DNA of 64,000 nt. It comes from an uncultured archaeon (GTDB lineage Archaea > Asgardarchaeota > Thorarchaeia > Thorarchaeales > Thorarchaeaceae). The notes under the pieces were generated by a model. It ran no database searches and was not told where the DNA came from. It saw only the letters and a program-made list of their open reading frames with translations. Every line of letters starts with the position of its first letter. Position 1 is the first letter of the stretch. The stretch is taken from assembly GCA_964473825.1 (NCBI GenBank), contig CAYYQL010000004.1, forward strand, positions 1 to 64,000, read 5' to 3'. Both the position numbers and the translations under genes were made by a program. Shown here in pieces: positions 58,562 to 64,000 of this stretch.

Positions 58562-58839
58562 CATACTTGTCGGGTTTAGAGGATCAATTGGAGCAGCTCC
58601 GAACGAAGCTGATGATGATTGAGTCTCTCGGCAACCGGATTAAGGACCTCGAAAGACATCTTGGGCCGATCGAGAATACCAGGGCTGAGAACCAGAGTGA
58701 TGATGTATACGAGTCAAGAATCTGGCGAGAACTTGATGAGCTACGTGGGTTTGTCGAAAGGCTATCTATTGCAGTCACTCAACTTGAATCTGAAGTTCAG
58801 ACGATGGCTTTGTCTACAAGTCATCTTGAAGATGATTGA
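58558..58839 (+). CDS. Small coiled-coil protein
   Basis: ATGA overlap, GGAGG ribosome-binding site and two heptad helices. Confidence 0.7.
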   Translation: MTYLSGLEDQLEQLRTKLMMIESLGNRIKDLERHLGPIENTRAENQSDDVYESRIWRELDELRGFVERLSIAVTQLESEVQTMALSTSHLEDD

Positions 58840-61445
58840 CCCCTGTCTAAACGGCGAAGAGCACTTGCTAACTCCTCTACCAGTTTCTGGACTGAGAGTG
58901 CATCCAGACTCACCGTACTTCTGTTCGCTGTCCTTGGCGAGTCAACGGAGCTCCGTGTTTCGAGTCTTAGAAGTTCAAAGCATTGGCTAGGAAGCACATC
59001 GATGAATCCCTGAGCCGCGTCATCTGAAGTGTCCCCTGAATCTCCGATGAGAATTGCCAGTGTCGGGCGCGACATACCAAAGTCATCTGTGTATTCGCCA
59101 ATCGCCCGATACGAGTTGGCAATTGCCTGGTCAGATTTCTCCTCTTGTAGGGCATCAAGTACGAATAGCTTCAGCGCGGTCTTCACCTCAGGGGACTCCA
59201 AATCTCTGTCAAAGTCGACGAAATCCTGAATGTCTTGGCCGTGTTGAATAGAGAACTTCCTCAGCCGCTCTCCGGCTATGCAGAGACCTAACCTTCCCTC
59301 TGACCTGTTCTCCTCTAATGATCCAAGGATGAGCAGTGCCGATACTACAGCTCCTTGGAAACGAGATGTATACGCTTCCGAAATGTCGAGAAGATCTGAG
59401 TAGCTTCCTAACCCCTGAAGGATGTCTTTGAGTTTCAAGGAAACAGAATATGGAGCCTCTATCCTCAAATCCTTGACAGTCATCTGTCTACTGAGCGCGA
59501 TACAGATTATGACATCAACATCCAGAAGGAATTCAGGCTGTGTGACAACTATTTCTGCCTTTGTCAAATCTGCCGTTTCGCCTGTCTTTATGGGGGGGTT
59601 CGTTCTGATCAGCTCAAGCGACAGACTTTCCCGAGTTGTAAACGGGTACACCTTACTGCCCCTTCCCAGAAGAAGCGGTCGGATAGTTTCTTCTGTCTGG
59701 TTTGATTGCAGATGAAGATATGACGACATCTCTCCTGGATCTACATTTTCTTGCGCTCTTGTGACGAAGATAGCTCTGTCAACCTTGGTTATGTTCTCCT
59801 GATATTCGGTTAGATCTATCTCCTCGCCAGACTCCAGACCGAGGCCTCTTCGATCGTCATCGGAGATAACTGCTGTTCTAGGTGCTATATCATGGCCCGG
59901 CAGACTTCTTGCCACCCACCATTGCCCCTTTCTCTGACTCTGGGCCAGAAGATTGTCTGCTGTCCTGCCAAGCGCGTCGATGTTCACATCAGCAAGACGC
60001 AGATATCCGCGCGGTACATCGCCGGTATCGAGTCGATATCTCAATGCAGCCAGTAGCTCCTGTGGTCTTCTAACGTTGAGGCATTTGGTCAGAGCGGTAA
60101 CATACGCGTTGAGTTGAATTGGCGAATCAAACACGATTGACGAAGTTCTAGAGTGCGATTTCACGAGGGTTCTCAAAGCGTTCGGGTCTTCAGAAACATC
60201 CGCCACATCAAACCGAGGACTCCAGGTGCAGATCTCAAGGCTACTGTTCGGATTCTCTCTTACAATCAGTGTTGTCCCACTCTTTGCCTGTTCATCCAAG
60301 AGCGTAAGGACATAGGTTGAGGTGTCAACTGTCCCTGATTCTTCATCATACAAGTAGTTGAACGATTCGAGTCTGTAATCTCTGCTAGAGGTGAGTATCT
60401 TAATCACTCTCTGCAGTTCTTGCATGGCAGGCCTACCTAGATGCCCTTCTGCAACTACACCCCCCTCTCGATCTTGGTATTTGAGATGTGGCGGTCTGAG
60501 TGGGATAACGGACAGAATGTTTCCGCTGAGCATTCGCTGGATGTCTTCTGGTGATGCATCGAGGTTCTTGCTCAGAAGATAGCTGAGTATCTCAGGTATT
60601 CCATCCCCCACGTTGGTCTCAGGGTAGTTCGTTCCAAATATTATGCGTTCAGACCAGCGGTTTCCGAGCTTCGTTTTCAGGGCTCTAATCAGTGAAGAGA
60701 GAGAAACAATGGTTGCCCCTGCTGTCAATATACGTGAATTGGGGATCTCAACAAGTTTTTCGATTTTATCAGCCCACTTCTTATGGTCGAGAACGTGAAG
60801 GATTACTGCTGGAGTTCCCAGCTTGGCGTCTTTCAGGAGGATGAGCCACTTCAGAACCTCATCCAGTTCATCAGACTCATCGAGTTGGATGAGTATTGCC
60901 CTTCCCCTCTTAACTAGACGAAGAATGTCGTTCCGGTATGCACCCTCCATCGTCTGCGCGATTTCGTTTGCTCTAACTGAGCTAGTGAAGCCCTCCTGCG
61001 ATCCTCTCTCCCTGGTCTCTTGAATTCTGAAGAATCGTCCTCCGTATTGGCCGTCTCTCGTTAGTTCTCTCACCATTCTTGAACTCTTCTCTTGGTTCCT
61101 CCTTGATAGATCCAGACCTCCAACGCTAAGAAGTGGTTTGACGGAGAACTGATCGACAAACCATTCGGTATCTCGTGCTCCAGCTGGTCCTCCGCACAGG
61201 CGAGCCAAGAAAGGTGGTTTCTTGAGATGGGCATAGGCCCTTCGAGGTAGATAACGGTACGAATGCTTGTAGTTGGCAACCAAGGAAAGAAGCTGTCCCT
61301 CCACTCGCGACACGTATGCAAGAGCTCTGTCAGGGTCGAAAGTCTTCTCGTGGCTGTTGAGGCTGACTACACCGAGCTGCATACAACCATCTACGACAAG
61401 GAACCGATAGATCTCTCTTGTCTTGAGGTCTTCAACAACCAGCAT
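58821..61445 (-). CDS. Fusion protein: inactive amidohydrolase-like barrel + linker domain + CDC48-N-like + degenerate vWA
   Basis: The N-half aligns with 61591-63078 (FGTNYP...YLLS...DIQRMLSGNI); the C-half aligns with 63136-64000. Confidence 0.75.
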   Translation of the reverse strand: MLVVEDLKTREIYRFLVVDGCMQLGVVSLNSHEKTFDPDRALAYVSRVEGQLLSLVANYKHSYRYLPRRAYAHLKKPPFLARLCGGPAGARDTEWFVDQFSVKPLLSVGGLDLSRRNQEKSSRMVRELTRDGQYGGRFFRIQETRERGSQEGFTSSVRANEIAQTMEGAYRNDILRLVKRGRAILIQLDESDELDEVLKWLILLKDAKLGTPAVILHVLDHKKWADKIEKLVEIPNSRILTAGATIVSLSSLIRALKTKLGNRWSERIIFGTNYPETNVGDGIPEILSYLLSKNLDASPEDIQRMLSGNILSVIPLRPPHLKYQDREGGVVAEGHLGRPAMQELQRVIKILTSSRDYRLESFNYLYDEESGTVDTSTYVLTLLDEQAKSGTTLIVRENPNSSLEICTWSPRFDVADVSEDPNALRTLVKSHSRTSSIVFDSPIQLNAYVTALTKCLNVRRPQELLAALRYRLDTGDVPRGYLRLADVNIDALGRTADNLLAQSQRKGQWWVARSLPGHDIAPRTAVISDDDRRGLGLESGEEIDLTEYQENITKVDRAIFVTRAQENVDPGEMSSYLHLQSNQTEETIRPLLLGRGSKVYPFTTRESLSLELIRTNPPIKTGETADLTKAEIVVTQPEFLLDVDVIICIALSRQMTVKDLRIEAPYSVSLKLKDILQGLGSYSDLLDISEAYTSRFQGAVVSALLILGSLEENRSEGRLGLCIAGERLRKFSIQHGQDIQDFVDFDRDLESPEVKTALKLFVLDALQEEKSDQAIANSYRAIGEYTDDFGMSRPTLAILIGDSGDTSDDAAQGFIDVLPSQCFELLRLETRSSVDSPRTANRSTVSLDALSVQKLVEELASALRRLDRGQSSSR

Positions 61446-61590
61446 TAATCGTTCCCTCTTATCACTACGTATTTACTCTGGGCTCTACAGATATATGCAT
61501 AATGCGGGTGTTTAAGGAGCAATTCTTTGGAACGTACAGTAACAGTTTATGAGGGTCATCTACGTGCATCTCTACGGAGAGAAACTATCG

Positions 61591-63078
61591 ATGCTCATCG
61601 TCCGAGCTGTAGAGAATATCCCAGAACATGGTATCAAGCGAGACGACGAGTTCTCTTTGTATATAGTCGATTCTCACCATCATATGGGCCGCGAAGGTGG
61701 CCATCAGAACACCCCTTCTTCTGCCTACGAATTCTACACGTTGCTCTGGTTTGAACTGAAGAGCGCCGCTGAGAAGTACATGGATGCTGACTCTCTTCTT
61801 TTCGAACCGGTTGGCACAACACCTGTTCCTCTGACAGAGCAAGTACTCCAGGCAAGGGAATCTTGGTCATCTATGGGCCATGGTTGGCTTGTGGACCGAA
61901 CCGTCGTGTTTCCCTTTACTGATGACTACGCCAAATCAGGAGTGCCCGATTCTCCATCGTTCAGTGTATCTAATAACAAGATCTCGGGTTGGACCAGCCG
62001 TGCTCCACATTCTAGTCGTCTCATCGGCTTCGGCAGAGTCGACCCCACTGATGCTAGATATGGGAAACCCAACATCGCGGTGAGCGAGATCGAACGATGC
62101 CGAGATGTGCTAGGCCTTAGAGGTCTCAAACTACATCCACTTGCCCAGTTGTTTGTTGAGGAGATTGAGAATGAATCGACACGGGAAGTTGTTATGCGTG
62201 CTACCGAACTCTTCATGCCCATAGTTTTCGACACAAGGAATTCTAAGACTGTTGAACGAATCATGCGTCTAACTGAGGATATCATATCGACAGAGAAAGT
62301 GGGGATTCCCACAGTCATACTGGCTCATTGTGGGATGAGTCCCGGGAGTGAGTTTCTCTACGACGCCCTGTCAAGAACGTCTCTTTACGGTGACACATCA
62401 TCGCTACATGGAAATGATGTACCGGTGCTCTTCGAGACTGCCCACGAGCGGATCAAGTCTGATGCCTTCCGATGGTCTGAGAAGCTTCTATTTGGAACTG
62501 ATTATAGTTTCTTGACTACACAGGCGATAGATGTCATATTGTACCTCCTATCGAGAGACTTTCCCGGCACTCCAGCTGATATTCAAAGGATTCTCGGCGG
62601 CAACATCATGGGAGTCATCAACAGACCGTATCACACTAGGCATTACAGCAAAACTAAGCCTCGTCATCTCATCTCGACGAACTACCAGACGTCTCGTGAT
62701 GTAATCCAGAGGGCTTTGTGCAAGCAGCTGTCTGATGGTGATGTTGAGCTTCTGTCCATTGACTATATGATTCCACCCAAGCATACCTGGCCTGATATAC
62801 CAACGTCTAAGATGGGAAATGGGTTTCATCTCGACAACCTCTTCATCACCGTGCGTGCTGCATCGTCTGATGCTGTGATACACATCTGGTTGCGTCGTCT
62901 CCCTGATGATACAATGAGTCTTGCGTTAATAGACAGTGGGAGTGAACTCTCACCACGGACTCTTGAACTATCATCAGAAACAATGCCTCTGGCGCTAGAA
63001 GAGTGGCTCTTCGAGAAAGTTGAGAGGGCTAATGAGCATCAAGAATTGAACTCCCTCCTAGAACAGGCTCTTGCATAG
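61591..63078 (+). CDS. Amidohydrolase_2 family metallo-hydrolase with extra C-terminal domain
   Basis: DSHHH, GLRGLKLHP, ILAHCG and LLFGTDY motifs. The start is set at MLIV by alignment with the paralog and a GGAG upstream. Confidence 0.85.
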   Translation: MLIVRAVENIPEHGIKRDDEFSLYIVDSHHHMGREGGHQNTPSSAYEFYTLLWFELKSAAEKYMDADSLLFEPVGTTPVPLTEQVLQARESWSSMGHGWLVDRTVVFPFTDDYAKSGVPDSPSFSVSNNKISGWTSRAPHSSRLIGFGRVDPTDARYGKPNIAVSEIERCRDVLGLRGLKLHPLAQLFVEEIENESTREVVMRATELFMPIVFDTRNSKTVERIMRLTEDIISTEKVGIPTVILAHCGMSPGSEFLYDALSRTSLYGDTSSLHGNDVPVLFETAHERIKSDAFRWSEKLLFGTDYSFLTTQAIDVILYLLSRDFPGTPADIQRILGGNIMGVINRPYHTRHYSKTKPRHLISTNYQTSRDVIQRALCKQLSDGDVELLSIDYMIPPKHTWPDIPTSKMGNGFHLDNLFITVRAASSDAVIHIWLRRLPDDTMSLALIDSGSELSPRTLELSSETMPLALEEWLFEKVERANEHQELNSLLEQALA

Positions 63079-63135
63079 AGATTGATGCCACCACTCTTTA
63101 TAACGACACAGGCACTATTCAAGACGAATTCGACT

Positions 63136-64000
63136 TTGGAGGCCGCAGCAATAACGAGAAAAATCGAAGTTGAGATTCTGGACGGTGGTAATCAAAGAGG
63201 CTTTGCCCTGCTGAATCCAGAAACCATGAAACAGTTGGATGCTGAGATTGGTTCAATAGTCCTGTTTGAAGATCCTCAGAGCAGTTTCTGGGGAGCAGCT
63301 GAGGTTAGAAAGAATGAGGATCTGGATGAAGGGAAGATAGAGGTCGACACTCTTGTCTTGGAGGCATCTCTCTTGATGGAAGGAGATTTGGTCGATCTAC
63401 AACTCTATGATGAAGATATGATCGCGCTAGAATACGTCGAGTTCGGGCTCAAACCCTTGACCGAGGATGCAAACACTGATGACCTTGTTTCTCGAGCATC
63501 TAAGAGGGTGAAGAGTCTAGAGCAGTTGGTGGGTGGGCGTCTCGTATATCCGGGAATGTCGTTTAGCTGGCCTGAAATGGAAGTTAAAGTTGAGATTCTG
63601 AAGACTCGTCCCTCATTAACAGGCAAGAATTTCGCAAAGCTCGCCTTTGAGGCTCTGAGAGAGAAGACTGGCTACCAATTCAAGACCGTTGGCATTGCTA
63701 GCCCATTCAATGCTATTCTCTGCATTGACACAAGTGGGTCAATGAAGACAACTGATGTACCCGTTCAGGACATAGCTCATGCAAGAGAGGGTCTGAAAGA
63801 TTTGGCTGGTGATAATCCAGAGGTCCATAGTTTTCTGAACCGCTTCGATGAAGGAGCCAGAGTGAGCCGGGCTGAGGCGGCAGCAATGGCTGTCTTGCTG
63901 TATCTGGCAGAGAAAGTTGGGCGAGGTTACGGTGAGAAGGTGGGAGTCATCACGTTCGAAAAAGAAGTGAGCGAGATGACCTTCCTTGACTCCGAGACTG
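63136..64000 (+). CDS. CDC48-N-like + vWA protein with intact MIDAS (partial, runs off the window; not in the ORF track)
   Basis: Manual translation ...NQRGFALLNPETMKQLDAEIGSIV...GKIEVD...EGDLVDL...ILKTRP...AILCIDTSGSM...VGVITFE; open to the end of the window. Confidence 0.85.
   Translation, partial: MEAAAITRKIEVEILDGGNQRGFALLNPETMKQLDAEIGSIVLFEDPQSSFWGAAEVRKNEDLDEGKIEVDTLVLEASLLMEGDLVDLQLYDEDMIALEYVEFGLKPLTEDANTDDLVSRASKRVKSLEQLVGGRLVYPGMSFSWPEMEVKVEILKTRPSLTGKNFAKLAFEALREKTGYQFKTVGIASPFNAILCIDTSGSMKTTDVPVQDIAHAREGLKDLAGDNPEVHSFLNRFDEGARVSRAEAAAMAVLLYLAEKVGRGYGEKVGVITFEKEVSEMTFLDSET

Noticed and set aside
58558-58839. SNARE protein
   Set aside because: The heptads are interrupted by a polar linker, and there is no clear zero-layer residue or C-terminal TM anchor; it is a generic coiled coil.
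1-64000. tRNA, rRNA or CRISPR array
   Set aside because: No cloverleaf with a T-loop and acceptor stem, no rRNA-like tract and no regularly spaced direct repeats were noticed by eye. An intron-split tRNA could have been missed.

Overview
Archaeal chromosomal window, most likely from an Asgard archaeon (Thorarchaeia-like). This is inferred from archaeal-type genes plus longin, E2F-like, PDCD5 and 7TM proteins. (1) 1-6.2 kb: housekeeping genes, two tandem Cys-conserving paralogs of unknown function, an unlisted 46-aa CdrS/aCcr1-like ribbon-helix-helix gene, and a candidate 126-nt structured RNA. (2) 6.5-30.6 kb: a large lipid/acyl-CoA catabolic region. It has ADP-forming acyl-CoA synthetase, SCP2, Hbd, two crotonases, thiolase+DUF35, an FGGY kinase, GlpABC, an alkyl-DHAP-synthase-like flavoprotein, an Fe-S oxidoreductase, an MSMEG_0568-like radical SAM, a GNAT and an ALDH. 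(3) 30.6-44.9 kb: mixed core genes, including a SNAP-like helical protein, PDCD5, TatD, PAC2, a longin-wHTH (NPRL2-like) protein and a COG2403/ArcE-like ATPase. (4) About 45.0-53.75 kb: a decayed accessory island with a methylase remnant, a TPR pseudogene, a truncated IS5-family element and gene fragments. (5) 54-64 kb is the most striking part: an E2F/DP-like winged-helix transcription factor followed by a cluster of four vWA proteins. Three of these share a CDC48-N-like + vWA architecture reminiscent of the GATOR1 subunit DEPDC5/Iml1, and one of the three is fused to a dead amidohydrolase that faces an intact paralog. No tRNA, rRNA or CRISPR array was recognised. All homology calls come from reading motifs by eye; no searches were run.
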